A DNA stretch of 22,527 nt from Candidatus Micrarchaeia archaeon (GCA_046538155.1 JBKHJL010000018.1:1-22527); one strand, 5' to 3'; positions 9,713-19,058 are shown, numbered from the stretch's first letter. Program-made: numbers and translations. The notes: generated by a model from the letters alone, not told the origin.

Positions 9713-9804
9713 TGCTCACGAGAAGAAACCGAAGGTTTCTAAGATCTTGAGTACTGAAAGTGCTCACGAGAAGCGGACTTGTTCGCTAAGATCTTGAGTT
9801 CTGA
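9696..9804 (+). repeat. Tandem ~48-nt dual-hairpin repeat (2 full units plus a partial third)
   Basis: ATCTTGAGTACTGAAAGTGCTCACGAGAAG is identical at 9696-9725 and 9744-9773. A third ATCTTGAGTTCTGA starts at 9791. The intervening segments are hairpins. Confidence 0.9.
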
Positions 9805-9835
9805 CTATCGGGGGGATACTGGGTGGAAGAAAATC

Positions 9836-10750
9836 TCACTCTACTTTAAATGCAAAATCAAACCCTTTGTATTCCCATTCGCCATAACCCCCAAGGTCCA
9901 GCATCTGCGTATCATAAACCGTCCCATACTGGTTACCCTCCGCACGATACCATTCTATTCCTGCGCTGGAAGGGGATTCATATTCAAGAAGTATCCAATA
10001 GGTATCATTCTGGAGCTCTGTTTTATTGAACTCTGCCCACTGCCAGGAAGGCTTCTGAGTTATATGGGTTGCATCTATCTCGGCCCTGGCAAGCTCATCC
10101 CCTACGCCGAGGTTTCCCCAATTATTGGGCTTCTCATGAAGGGAAACAAGCAGCTTTGAGCCAGGGGAAGGGGGAACCCTGGCTTGGACATAAACCCCAA
10201 TTCTGCTCACGTTCAGGGGTTTTTGGAGAGTAAACGCCTGGGCCTGCTTTACCTGGATTCCAACAAAATCATAAAACCACGTTACTTTCCAGTTATTAAG
10301 GTCATAATACCCTATGGGGTAAGCGCGGATATCCCTGCGCATAATATTATTTTCAAGGCAGGTTTCCGGCTCAGGATGGGCAGTATCAAGGCTCTGCACT
10401 TCAACCCTGATGTGGTGGGGGGCAGTTGAATCAGCATAATAATCAAATTCAAAATGCTGGAGAAGCTCGGGCTCTGTTATGTTTTCATGCATGAGGGTTT
10501 TGTTGCCGTCAAGAACCCAAAGCCTGTACCCGGATGGGGTGTACCTTCCATAAGACTGCACAAGTACGCGCATCTTGTAGTTTTCAGTCAGGCGGGGATA
10601 TGCAGGAACAGAATAGATATTTTTGACTTCCAAATCATAAGAATAATCAGAGGGCTCCTCCTCAGAATACGCTGCCTCAAAAGGGCTTTCAGAAAGGGTG
10701 CAGCACCCTGCAAGAAGCAAAAGCGCCAGGACAGGAAAAATAATCTTCAT
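9836..10750 (-). CDS. Putative secreted lipoprotein with an Ig/CARDB-like region and a beta-rich C-terminal domain
   Basis: N-terminus MKIIFPVLALLLLAGC (signal peptide plus lipobox-like LAGC). ETCLENN resembles the CARDB E-x3-NN motif. Domain call is tentative. Confidence 0.7.
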   Translation of the reverse strand: MKIIFPVLALLLLAGCCTLSESPFEAAYSEEEPSDYSYDLEVKNIYSVPAYPRLTENYKMRVLVQSYGRYTPSGYRLWVLDGNKTLMHENITEPELLQHFEFDYYADSTAPHHIRVEVQSLDTAHPEPETCLENNIMRRDIRAYPIGYYDLNNWKVTWFYDFVGIQVKQAQAFTLQKPLNVSRIGVYVQARVPPSPGSKLLVSLHEKPNNWGNLGVGDELARAEIDATHITQKPSWQWAEFNKTELQNDTYWILLEYESPSSAGIEWYRAEGNQYGTVYDTQMLDLGGYGEWEYKGFDFAFKVE

Positions 10751-10782
10751 GCAGGATGTTCTCCAGAAAAATTAAAGAAGGA

Positions 10783-11106
10783 TTATTCCTTGTGCCTGTG
10801 GATTTCCTTGTTCAGGGAATAATTCAATATTGTGCGGATGAAAACTATCATCGCAATCAGAATTATTTCGTCCATGGTGGGCATGGCAACAAGCCTGAGC
10901 AAGTCTGCAGCAACAAAGAAATCAAGGGCAAGAATGAGCTTCTGCACATAGGTGCGCTTTGCATTTTCGTAGGCATGGAACTTTTTCTTGTAGGAAAATT
11001 CAATCTTCAGGACTTTCAGGAATGCCTGGATGCTTCCGTACAAAACTATCAGGGCACCCATAATATTCAGGACAAAAGTAACATAATTCACTGCAAGCTC
11101 AAGCAT
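10783..11106 (-). CDS. DUF1622-family small membrane protein
   Basis: Three hydrophobic segments with LALDFFVAADLLR and IRTILNYSL-x-KEI, the pattern typical of DUF1622. Confidence 0.85.
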   Translation of the reverse strand: MLELAVNYVTFVLNIMGALIVLYGSIQAFLKVLKIEFSYKKKFHAYENAKRTYVQKLILALDFFVAADLLRLVAMPTMDEIILIAMIVFIRTILNYSLNKEIHRHKE

Positions 11107-11160
11107 GAAAAAGAATAGAAAAGGAAATTAAAAAAAGCTTTTGGAAGGAAGCCCAAGTCC

Positions 11161-11281
11161 TGAGGCACCCGCCTCAAAAGAAGAAAGCAAGGCTTTCTCA
11201 GAGGTTGATTTTGGAGGGAATCAACCGAATTCAACGAATGTTGAGCTCTGCTCAACAGAAGAAATTGAAAATTTCTCAGAG
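11161..11281. repeat. Cluster of intergenic hairpins with two dual-hairpin units related to the 9700-9791 repeat
   Basis: TGAGGC-ACCC-GCCTCA-AA-AGA-AGAAAGC-AAG-GCTTTCT-CAGA (11161-11202) and TGAGC-TCT-GCTCA-AC-AGA-AGAAATT-GAA-AATTTCT-CAGA (11242-11280). A GGTTGATT/AATCAACC hairpin lies between them. Confidence 0.7.
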
Positions 11282-11286
11282 TCGAA

Positions 11287-12195
11287 TCAGAGGTTTATCT
11301 TGAGCCCGAGTTCCTTCTTCAGTTCCCTGTAGCGGTTGCGAATTGTTACCTCAGTCACTCCTGCAACATCCGCGACCTCCTTCTGTGTCCTGCGCTCCCC
11401 GACCATTGCAGATGCAATGTACAGAGCTGCTGCAGCAACACCGGTCGGGCCCCTTCCTGAAATCAGGCCTTTCTTTACCGCCTTCTTAATGAGCAGGACT
11501 GCTTTTTTCTGTACCTCCCCGCTCAGCTTAAGCGCAGTTGCAAACTTCTGCACATAATAGGAGGGGTCGGTAAGCGGAACGTCCAGCTTGAGCTCTGCCT
11601 TGAGGAACCTGTAGGAGCGGCCGATTTCCTTCTTCTCAATTCCCGAAGCCTTGGAAATCTCATCAAGAGTACGGGGAATCCCATGTATTCTGCAGATTGC
11701 ATAAATTACTGCTGCAACTATGGACTCGATTATCCTTCCTCGGATAAGCTCCTCTTTAACCGCGCGCCTGTAAAGAAGTGCCGCGGCCTCCTTGATGTCA
11801 TCCGGAAGCCCAAGGTATGAAGCAACACGGTCAAGCTCGGCAAGGGCAATGGCCAGGTTCCTTTCCATGGAAGTGGCGATTGAAACCCTCTTGTGCCATT
11901 TTCTCATCCTGTAGAACTGGGCCTGTTTCTTTGTAGAAATCTTCATTCCCCTGCTGTCGCGATTGTACTGGTCTATCTCCGTAACAAGGCCTTTATTCGG
12001 GCGCATGTACTTTATGGGTGCCCCTCCTCGGGCCCTCTTCTCCTTCTGCTCAGCATCAAATGCTCTCCACTCAGGTCCGCTATCCTGTATGTTGTCGGCA
12101 ATAATAAGGCCGCAGGACGCGCAAATGAGCTCTCCTTTCTCATAGTCCCGTATAAGTTTAGTGCCCCCGCACTCGGGGCATTTTTTCTTTGACAT
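11287..12195 (-). CDS. tfb: Transcription initiation factor IIB (TFB)
   Basis: Zn ribbon CPECG...CASCG, B-reader GPEWRAF, two cyclin repeats (PRTLDEI, RTQKEVADVAGVTEVTIRNRY). SD-like AGGTGGGA upstream. Confidence 0.98.
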   Translation of the reverse strand: MSKKKCPECGGTKLIRDYEKGELICASCGLIIADNIQDSGPEWRAFDAEQKEKRARGGAPIKYMRPNKGLVTEIDQYNRDSRGMKISTKKQAQFYRMRKWHKRVSIATSMERNLAIALAELDRVASYLGLPDDIKEAAALLYRRAVKEELIRGRIIESIVAAVIYAICRIHGIPRTLDEISKASGIEKKEIGRSYRFLKAELKLDVPLTDPSYYVQKFATALKLSGEVQKKAVLLIKKAVKKGLISGRGPTGVAAAALYIASAMVGERRTQKEVADVAGVTEVTIRNRYRELKKELGLKINL

Positions 12196-12336
12196 TTTTC
12201 TCCCACCTAAAATAGAAAAACCTTTTTAAGGTTTCTATTGTATTTTGTATATTTAGTTACCAAAACCTTTAAGTGAGTTTCGCTGGCCCCTCGAGAAAGA
12301 AACCAAAAAACCCGCAAAAAGAGGCAGGGATTTGGC

Positions 12337-13875
12337 TCATTCCGATACTTTTAATAACATTTTCCTTGCCCTGGGCACACCTATTGCAAAAAGGAACTTC
12401 CCCAGCCTGGGTCCCCTGGGCTTACCTATAAGAGCAGTGTAGATATTCTGGAAAAGCTCCCTGGGCTGGATACTCTTTTCTTTCGCAAAACTAAAAACAT
12501 AAGACTGCAGCTCTTCAGCAGATGCCCCCTCCTCCAGCCCCCCTGCAAACTCCCTTACTATTTCAGGTCGGGACGGTTTTGTACCTTCGGAAAAGTCAAA
12601 AACATATTTTTCAGGAATCCAGCCCCTTTTCAGCCAGGCTTCAGCATACCCTGAAAGATAACGGGCGCCCTGTGCATCGCCAAGAACTTCACCTGCCTTG
12701 TTCCAGTCCTTGTAGATTGCGTAGGCTACCAGAAGCTCGGAAAGCGGAGCACTCCAATTTCTTCCTTCAGTAAAAGAATAGGAAACTGTCTTCTTGCGGT
12801 CTGCGCGGGCAAGGTCAGAATCCGGGTCAAGAGAAGATGCATGTTCAAAGTCCGAAACAAGGGAAAGAAGAGTTTTCTCATTCAGCACAAGCTCTTTATC
12901 CTCCTGGATGTCAGGGCGAAGGAGGGCATATTCCAATACAGGGATTGGAAGGATGTCCATAAGCTCATGCACAGAGTGCCCGATTCCCTTGGATTTAGAG
13001 TATTTCTTGCCGTGGTACTTGAGGAACCCGAACTTGTACATTATGGGTGGCTCTTTTTTGAAGAAATTTGTATGTATTGCAATAAGGGTGGAAACCGAAC
13101 CCCCTTTTGTGTGGTGGTCAACACTTCCCCCTTCCACACTTACCCTGCAGAAATCCTGCCTCGCAGGCCAGTCCAGCCTCCAGAGCAGTTTATACTTGTG
13201 GTCTAATATCCTGGCCCTGCCTTTGTAGCCGCAGCCTTCTGCCCCATAAGGTGTTTGTCCATCACAGACATAGTCATATTCGCCGCTCTCGTAAGAAATT
13301 ACCCTGGTAGTTGCTACCTTTCCGCACTTCTCGCAGATGGGCATTATGGGGTGCCAGTCATCAGGCATGCTTTCCCTGAGCGAGCTTTCCTGCACGATTT
13401 TCTTTATCTCGTCCCTGCGCTCGGAGAACTGTATTGCATATTCATCATATTTCCCTGAAGCATAAGCCTCATCTGCCCTCATTACCTCAGGATGGACATC
13501 AAACTTTTCCATTGCATCAGTTGCTTCAGAAAAGAAGTGGTCTGCAAAAGAACTGTGGCAGCCCAGGGGGTCAGGGGTATCTGAAAGGGGTTTTCCGAGA
13601 TGGTGTTCCAGTTCCCTGCTGTGCTCCTTAAAGGGGCCTGGCACATTGTCAAATGCATCAGTTATGTCTGCAACAAAAACGAATTTTGCATTCCCTGCCA
13701 TCTTCTCAAGAGACTTGTAGATTGCATCAGCAAAAAGGAATTCGCAGAGTGTCCCGGGGTGGAGCGGACCGCTGGTGGTTATTCCGCTCATAACAGTATA
13801 TGGGGGTTTCCTGCCATCAATAACCTTCTTCGCGATAATTTCGCTCCAGTGCATCTTCTTCGGGTCACTGTCCAT
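12337..13875 (-). CDS. lysS: Lysine--tRNA ligase, class I
   Basis: Motifs MHWSE, SGITTSGPLHPGT (HIGH variant), KLLWRLDWPAR, KYSKSKG (KMSKS), and C-terminal IYTALIGKPRGPRLG. Confidence 0.95.
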   Translation of the reverse strand: MDSDPKKMHWSEIIAKKVIDGRKPPYTVMSGITTSGPLHPGTLCEFLFADAIYKSLEKMAGNAKFVFVADITDAFDNVPGPFKEHSRELEHHLGKPLSDTPDPLGCHSSFADHFFSEATDAMEKFDVHPEVMRADEAYASGKYDEYAIQFSERRDEIKKIVQESSLRESMPDDWHPIMPICEKCGKVATTRVISYESGEYDYVCDGQTPYGAEGCGYKGRARILDHKYKLLWRLDWPARQDFCRVSVEGGSVDHHTKGGSVSTLIAIHTNFFKKEPPIMYKFGFLKYHGKKYSKSKGIGHSVHELMDILPIPVLEYALLRPDIQEDKELVLNEKTLLSLVSDFEHASSLDPDSDLARADRKKTVSYSFTEGRNWSAPLSELLVAYAIYKDWNKAGEVLGDAQGARYLSGYAEAWLKRGWIPEKYVFDFSEGTKPSRPEIVREFAGGLEEGASAEELQSYVFSFAKEKSIQPRELFQNIYTALIGKPRGPRLGKFLFAIGVPRARKMLLKVSE

Positions 13876-13960
13876 CCTAAAAGCACCTTTAAGTCTGGAA
13901 GTTACTCCGGAGGATTATATTAAGCTTATGGTAAAAATAAGAAAAAATTGGAGGAACTTA

Positions 13961-15286
13961 CTACTGTTCCTCAGAAAAAGAACGGCCGGTGTGCCAGCCT
14001 GCAAGGCCTCCCAGCACAAGCAGGATGAGGCCTCCGATAAGAACCATGGGGAGATTGCCTCCCAGTGTTTCCTCCTTCTCTTTTGGTTCCTGCCCTGCAA
14101 GCTCTTTCATTGCGTCTTCCCTTGCATCCTCCCTTGCGTTTTCCACCAGGGGAGAGCAAAGCTTTTCAACATCAATGGGCTGCTGCACAGGAGGAGTAAC
14201 CTCTTCCTCTTCTTCTGTTTCCTCGCAGGTGTGGGTGCCTGAATCACAGTATTCGTTCTCTCCGCAGTCTGAGTCATCCTCGCACCTTCCTGAATTGGAC
14301 ACACACTCCATGCCTTCACAGTGCTGCCAGTACTCGCAGTCCCTGTCCATCTCGCAGTATCCCGGGGCAAGTTCACAGGTCCAGGAAACATCCTCACAAA
14401 TCTCCCAAGTCTCACAATCTGCATCAGATGCGCAGCGGTCAGGACCAAGAACACACTCATGGTCTGAGCACATTTCCCATGGATTGCAGTCCCTTGCATC
14501 CTTGCAGTAGCCGGTCTGCATCACGCATGTGTGGTCTGAACAGTATTCACCTTCTCCGCAGTCGCCGTCATCTTCACAGTTGCCGGAAGCAAGTTCACAT
14601 TCCCCGTGGGAACACTCCTCCCAGTCTGCACAGTCTGAATCAACTTCACACTCGTCCTCCGGCTCATCATCGTCATCATCGTCATCATCATCGTCATCTG
14701 ACTGCGTATAAGCGCGGCAGACATAGTTGGAAGTGCAGTATTCTCCGGAATCGCAGTCTGAATCAGTTGCACATTCCACAGAAATGCAGGCGTGGGTATC
14801 TGAGTCGCAGGTTTCTCCGGAATCGCAGTCTCCGTCATCTTCGCACATCCCGCTTACCAGAACACACTCGTAGTCAGAACTGCACTCCTCCCAGTCTGCA
14901 CAGTCTGAATCAGAAGTGCACTCTGCAGAAATGCAGGCATGGGTATCTGAATCACATATCTCATCAGAATCGCAGTCTGAATCGCCATCGCACAGCCCGC
15001 TTACCAGAACACACTCGTAGTCAGAATTGCACTCTTCCCAGTCTTCGCAGTCTGAGTCAGTTGCACAATCAACTGAGAGGCATGCATGGGTATCTGAATC
15101 ACATATCTCATCAGAATCGCAGTCTGAATCGCCATCACAATAGCCGGAAGCAAGTTCGCAGCTTCCATCTACACACTCTTCCCAGTCTTCGCAGTCTGCA
15201 TCATAATCACATGCATAAACTGAAGAAAAAAGAAAAATAAATCCGAGGACTACCATGAGCCCTCTCTTTAACGCTGTATTCTCCAT
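13961..15286 (-). CDS. Cys/Asp-rich repeat surface protein with signal peptide and C-terminal TM anchor
   Basis: Hydrophobic N-terminus, over a dozen C-x2-D-x-DC-x4-C-x4/6-C modules, a poly-Asp tract, and TM segment LPMVLIGGLILLVLGGLAG. ATG 15286 follows the upstream stop by 2 nt. Confidence 0.85.
   Translation of the reverse strand: MENTALKRGLMVVLGFIFLFSSVYACDYDADCEDWEECVDGSCELASGYCDGDSDCDSDEICDSDTHACLSVDCATDSDCEDWEECNSDYECVLVSGLCDGDSDCDSDEICDSDTHACISAECTSDSDCADWEECSSDYECVLVSGMCEDDGDCDSGETCDSDTHACISVECATDSDCDSGEYCTSNYVCRAYTQSDDDDDDDDDDDEPEDECEVDSDCADWEECSHGECELASGNCEDDGDCGEGEYCSDHTCVMQTGYCKDARDCNPWEMCSDHECVLGPDRCASDADCETWEICEDVSWTCELAPGYCEMDRDCEYWQHCEGMECVSNSGRCEDDSDCGENEYCDSGTHTCEETEEEEEVTPPVQQPIDVEKLCSPLVENAREDAREDAMKELAGQEPKEKEETLGGNLPMVLIGGLILLVLGGLAGWHTGRSFSEEQ
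14750..15200 (-). repeat. 147-bp (49-aa) internal tandem duplication, about 3 copies
   Basis: cgcttaccagaacacactcgtagtcagaa at 14851 and 14998. gggtatctgaatcacatatctcatcagaatcgcagtctgaatcgccatc at 14941 and 15088. Confidence 0.85.
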
Positions 15287-15288
15287 GC

Positions 15289-16677
15289 TCAATCACACCC
15301 TCTTGTAACTGTCTGCTCCGTGAGGTTGCCGGTTGTTTCGTCAAAGCTGGTAGATGCATTGGTCTTTTCCCTGTCTGCACAAACATCAAGTGATACATCA
15401 CTTCCATTTATGCCCGGGACTTTCACGTAAAGGCCGCCAACCTGAACATACGGAAGGTCAGAGGGGACCCATTTTGAATCCACATTGCCTTCACCTGCAT
15501 CCAGCCTTACCAACGCTTCCCCTTCTGCAGTGGTGTCCAGGACTTCAACTCCATATTCTGTTCCATTTAGAATGAAGTATGCTGGACCTGCACCAGCGGT
15601 AAGGGTTCCGGAAAAACCGCGGTTAACTCCAAGCCAGGAGCGGTCCACTCCTCCGCTCTCTCCGAGCCTGAAGAAAGTCCATTCCTGGTCACCCACCGGA
15701 ATCGTAACGCTGTTAAGGTCAGTCTTGGTTCCCGGGGCAGATTCCGGAACTTCCGGAACACCCTCATCAAGGAAAACAAGCCTTACTTTGTAGACGCTTC
15801 CAAGGCTGGGCCAGTTTGCCGCAGTAGCTTCATCTGCATAAACTTCAACAGGATAGGTTGCCCCTGAAACAGAATCAACAGCATCATATGTTCCCATCAG
15901 AGTATCTGCTGCGATTGGTTCCTGGCAGGCTCCGGTAGTAGTATCAGTATCTTCTCCTGTGCTGGTTGCAGTATCTGAGCCACTGTCCGTATCCATTGTG
16001 CCTGTTCCAGTATCAGTTCCCGTATCTGTGTCTGTATCGGTGTCCGTGTCTGTATCGGTGTCAGTGTCCGTGTCAGTGTCAGTGTCCGTGTCCGTGTCTG
16101 TATCGGTGTCAGTGTCCGTATCCGTGTCAGTGTCCGTGTCCGTGTCTGTATCGGTATCGGTGTCCGTATCCATGTCAGTGTCCGTGTCCGTGTCTGTATC
16201 GGTATCGGTGTCCGTGTCCGTATCCATGTCCGTGTCTGTATCGGTGTCAGTGTCCGTATCCATGTCCGTGTCTGTATCGGTGTCGGTATCCATTGTGCCT
16301 GTTCCTGTATCTGTATCTAATGTATTTCCTGGGCACTCACAATAATATGATGTTTTAAGGTTTCCATTTTCATCAAATTCATTCTCTATGCAGGATTCCA
16401 GCCCGGTAACCGGACCTCCATCCGGCGCATAGCAGCAGGAACAGTTCTGCGGTGCGGCATCAGGAGAAGCGTCTTCATCTACTCCAGGGCTCTTTGAGCC
16501 ACATCCTGCAACAAGCGCGGATGCAAGAGCAACAACTGCCCCAATCCTTCCTACTACTCCCATTCTTCTTTTCCCGGCAGGTTCAGTCGGATTCTCATCT
16601 TTTCTGAAGGAAGGCTTCTGGTTTTTTGAAGGAACTCCCCCCTCTGTTCTATTCATGTTACGTATTTCACCCATCAT
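15289..16677 (-). CDS. DT-repeat putative lipoprotein / surface protein
   Basis: Charged N-region, KRR, hydrophobic stretch ending LVAGC, short Cys-containing domain, ~100-aa DT stalk, and a beta-rich C-terminal domain. Confidence 0.85.
   Translation of the reverse strand: MMGEIRNMNRTEGGVPSKNQKPSFRKDENPTEPAGKRRMGVVGRIGAVVALASALVAGCGSKSPGVDEDASPDAAPQNCSCCYAPDGGPVTGLESCIENEFDENGNLKTSYYCECPGNTLDTDTGTGTMDTDTDTDTDMDTDTDTDTDTDMDTDTDTDTDTDTDTDTDMDTDTDTDTDTDTDTDTDTDTDTDTDTDTDTDTDTDTDTDTDTDTDTDTDTGTDTGTGTMDTDSGSDTATSTGEDTDTTTGACQEPIAADTLMGTYDAVDSVSGATYPVEVYADEATAANWPSLGSVYKVRLVFLDEGVPEVPESAPGTKTDLNSVTIPVGDQEWTFFRLGESGGVDRSWLGVNRGFSGTLTAGAGPAYFILNGTEYGVEVLDTTAEGEALVRLDAGEGNVDSKWVPSDLPYVQVGGLYVKVPGINGSDVSLDVCADREKTNASTSFDETTGNLTEQTVTRGCD
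15985..16320 (-). repeat. Hexamer repeat encoding a DT stalk
   Basis: Tandem gtgtcc/gtgtca/gtatcg/gtatcc units on the + strand. Confidence 0.9.
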
Positions 16678-16881
16678 ATCACCATTAATAATCAGTAGTA
16701 ATATGTGGGGGGTAAGATTTATAAAGATATGTTATTTTTGTAGGAAGAAGGTGTAAGGCAATATCCTAAAAAAACCATAAATAAACTAAGAATAGTAATA
16801 ATAAAGCGCCTTCTCGCTGACGGAAATTAAAAAGGGATAAAAGAGTAAAGGTATAAAGGAGTGCAGAAAAGGGGATTAAGT

Positions 16882-17502
16882 ATGATTACATATGAAGAAA
16901 TTGAACTCAGGGGAATTAAGCTAAAGGATGTGGAAGCACTAAACAAAAACATGGGTGAGATTGAAATAAACCCTCTGCTCTCGGATGCATATTATCCACT
17001 TTCCTCCATGGGGAGCGAGGAATTTCTGAAAAAAAAGCTGCACGAGGTGCAGGAAAAAAAGGGCTACCTCTTCGCCATATATGTAGAAGGGGACGGACCG
17101 CTGGGGCTCCTTGAGCTCTCAAAAATAGACTGGAAATCCAGGCATGCCGAACTCAGCATCTGGATAAACAAAGGATTCAGGGAACGGGGCTATGAAAAGA
17201 AAGCGGCGATAGCTGCGCTTCATTTTGCATTCCGGGAACTCGGGATGCACAAGGTTGTGGCAAGGTGTATTGAAAATGATGCGATGCTCTGCCCGCTTTA
17301 TGAAAAAGAAATCTCGTTTGCAAAAGAAGGAAGGCTCAGGGAGCATTGTTTCCATGAAGGAAGATATTTCTCCCTGCTCTTATTCGGGATGCTTGAAAAA
17401 GAATATGCTTCCCTTTTTGGAACAACAGAAGTGGCAGTAAACTCGGGAGGAAAACAGGCAAAGGCAGAAACAGGCGGGCTGCAGGAAGAGCATGCCTTCT
17501 GA
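16882..17502 (+). CDS. GNAT N-acetyltransferase, RimJ/RimL family
   Basis: IDWKSRHAELSIWI...FRERGY, AFRELGMHKV, FAKEGRLREH, FGMLEKEY. First ATG is at 16882. Confidence 0.88.
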   Translation: MITYEEIELRGIKLKDVEALNKNMGEIEINPLLSDAYYPLSSMGSEEFLKKKLHEVQEKKGYLFAIYVEGDGPLGLLELSKIDWKSRHAELSIWINKGFRERGYEKKAAIAALHFAFRELGMHKVVARCIENDAMLCPLYEKEISFAKEGRLREHCFHEGRYFSLLLFGMLEKEYASLFGTTEVAVNSGGKQAKAETGGLQEEHAF

Positions 17503-17515
17503 CCAGGTGAAGGAA

Positions 17516-18961
17516 ATGGAAGAGCACGAACTTAATAAAATAGGAGATGCGCTTTTTGAGATGAAAAAAGAGAAGGGGATGAAATCCAGGGCCCTTGTAT
17601 TCGGAATCCCTGAAATAGTTGAACAGATGAAAAAAGACAGGACTCTCGGGCAGCTCAGGAATGTTGCAAGCATGGAAGGGATAGTAAAGCAGGCAATGGT
17701 GATGCCGGACGGACACGAGGGATATGGATTTCCGATAGGGGGAGTTGCAGCATTTGATGCAGAAGAAGGCTCAGTCTCTCCCGGGGGTGTAGGCTTTGAC
17801 ATCAACTGCGGAGTAAGGCTGGTTACCACTCCCCTTTCTGCAGAAGAGGTAAAGCCGAAAATAAGAGAACTATGCGATACGATGTTTGAAAATGTTCCTT
17901 CAGGAGTGGGGAGCAAAAGCCAGAAACTCCGCATTGATGCAGAAGAGCTGGGAGAAGTTGCACGCCGGGGAGTTGAATGGGCAGTTGAAAAAGGATATGG
18001 GAGAAAGGCGGACCTGGAGCATACCGAGGAAAACGGAAGAATAGAAGGGGCAGACTATTCGGCAGTTTCAGACCTGGCGAAAAAACGGGGGAGCAGGCAG
18101 ATAGGCACACTGGGGGCAGGAAACCATTTCCTGGAAGTTCAGGAAGTAGGAGAAATATTCATCCCTGAAACTGCAAAAAAATTCGGGCTTGAAAAAGGGC
18201 AGGCGGTTGTGATGATTCACACCGGCTCAAGAGGATTTGGCCACCAGATTTGCTCGGACCAGCTGAAAGCAGTGATAAGGAAGGCACGGGAACTGGGGCT
18301 TCCAATGCCCGATACCCAACTGGCATATGTACCCGTAACAACAACAGAGGGAAAGAACTATCTTGGCTCCATGCGATGCGCAGTAAACTACGCGTTCGTG
18401 AACAGGCAGGCAATAATGCACTGGGTAAGGCAAAGCTTTGATTCTGTTTTTGGGGAAGATACTTCTGAAAAAATGGACCTTGTATATGATGTTGCGCACA
18501 ATATTGCAAAAAAAGAAAGCCATGAAGTGGATGGAAAAAAACGGGAGCTAATTGTGCACAGAAAGGGGGCAACACGGGCCTTCCCTGCAGGAAGGCCGGA
18601 ACTGCCTTCAGCTTACAGGGAAATCGGCCAGCCGGTGCTCATTCCCGGAAGCATGGGAACTGCATCATATGTGCTTGTGGGCGAGCAGAAAGGGCTTGAG
18701 CTGAGCTTCGGCAGCACCTGCCACGGAAGCGGACGCACAATGAGCAGAAAACAGGCAACAAAAACACACATAGGAAAGGATGTTTCAAAAAAACTCTGGG
18801 AAACCAGGGGGATTTATATCAGGGCAACCGACACAAAAGTTGTTGCGGAGGAAGCTCCGGACGCATACAAAAACGTGGATGAAGTAGTGAAAAGCGTTGA
18901 GCTTGCCGGGCTCAGCAGCCCTGTTGCAAAAATGCGGCCGCTTGGGGTTGTAAAAGGTTAA
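17516..18961 (+). CDS. rtcB: RNA-splicing ligase RtcB
   Basis: MPDGHEGYGFPIG, GFDINCG, GAGNHFLE, HTGSRG, AHNIAK, VHRKGAT, PGSMG, STCHGSGR, EEAPDAYK. SD AGGTGA precedes ATG 17516 (alternative ATG 17492). No intein. Confidence 0.97.
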   Translation: MEEHELNKIGDALFEMKKEKGMKSRALVFGIPEIVEQMKKDRTLGQLRNVASMEGIVKQAMVMPDGHEGYGFPIGGVAAFDAEEGSVSPGGVGFDINCGVRLVTTPLSAEEVKPKIRELCDTMFENVPSGVGSKSQKLRIDAEELGEVARRGVEWAVEKGYGRKADLEHTEENGRIEGADYSAVSDLAKKRGSRQIGTLGAGNHFLEVQEVGEIFIPETAKKFGLEKGQAVVMIHTGSRGFGHQICSDQLKAVIRKARELGLPMPDTQLAYVPVTTTEGKNYLGSMRCAVNYAFVNRQAIMHWVRQSFDSVFGEDTSEKMDLVYDVAHNIAKKESHEVDGKKRELIVHRKGATRAFPAGRPELPSAYREIGQPVLIPGSMGTASYVLVGEQKGLELSFGSTCHGSGRTMSRKQATKTHIGKDVSKKLWETRGIYIRATDTKVVAEEAPDAYKNVDEVVKSVELAGLSSPVAKMRPLGVVKG

Positions 18962-19058
18962 TATTTTGGAACCGAGAAAATTCCCGAGAAAAAGGAGGAG
19001 GAAGAATTTCCCCCTCCATATTCTCAGATCAGTGTGAAAAAAATAGATGGATGTCCCT

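Noticed and set aside
9696..9804. Mini CRISPR array
   Set aside because: Only 2 full repeats. The spacers are ~18-nt self-complementary hairpins that share ends. No cas genes in the window. Better explained by the C/D sRNA plus the hairpin repeat.
15959..16358. VS-repeat and CP-repeat ORFs on the + strand
   Set aside because: Antisense readings of the DT hexamer repeat.
3467..18961. Inteins in topA, tfb or rtcB
   Set aside because: All three have normal lengths and contiguous motifs.
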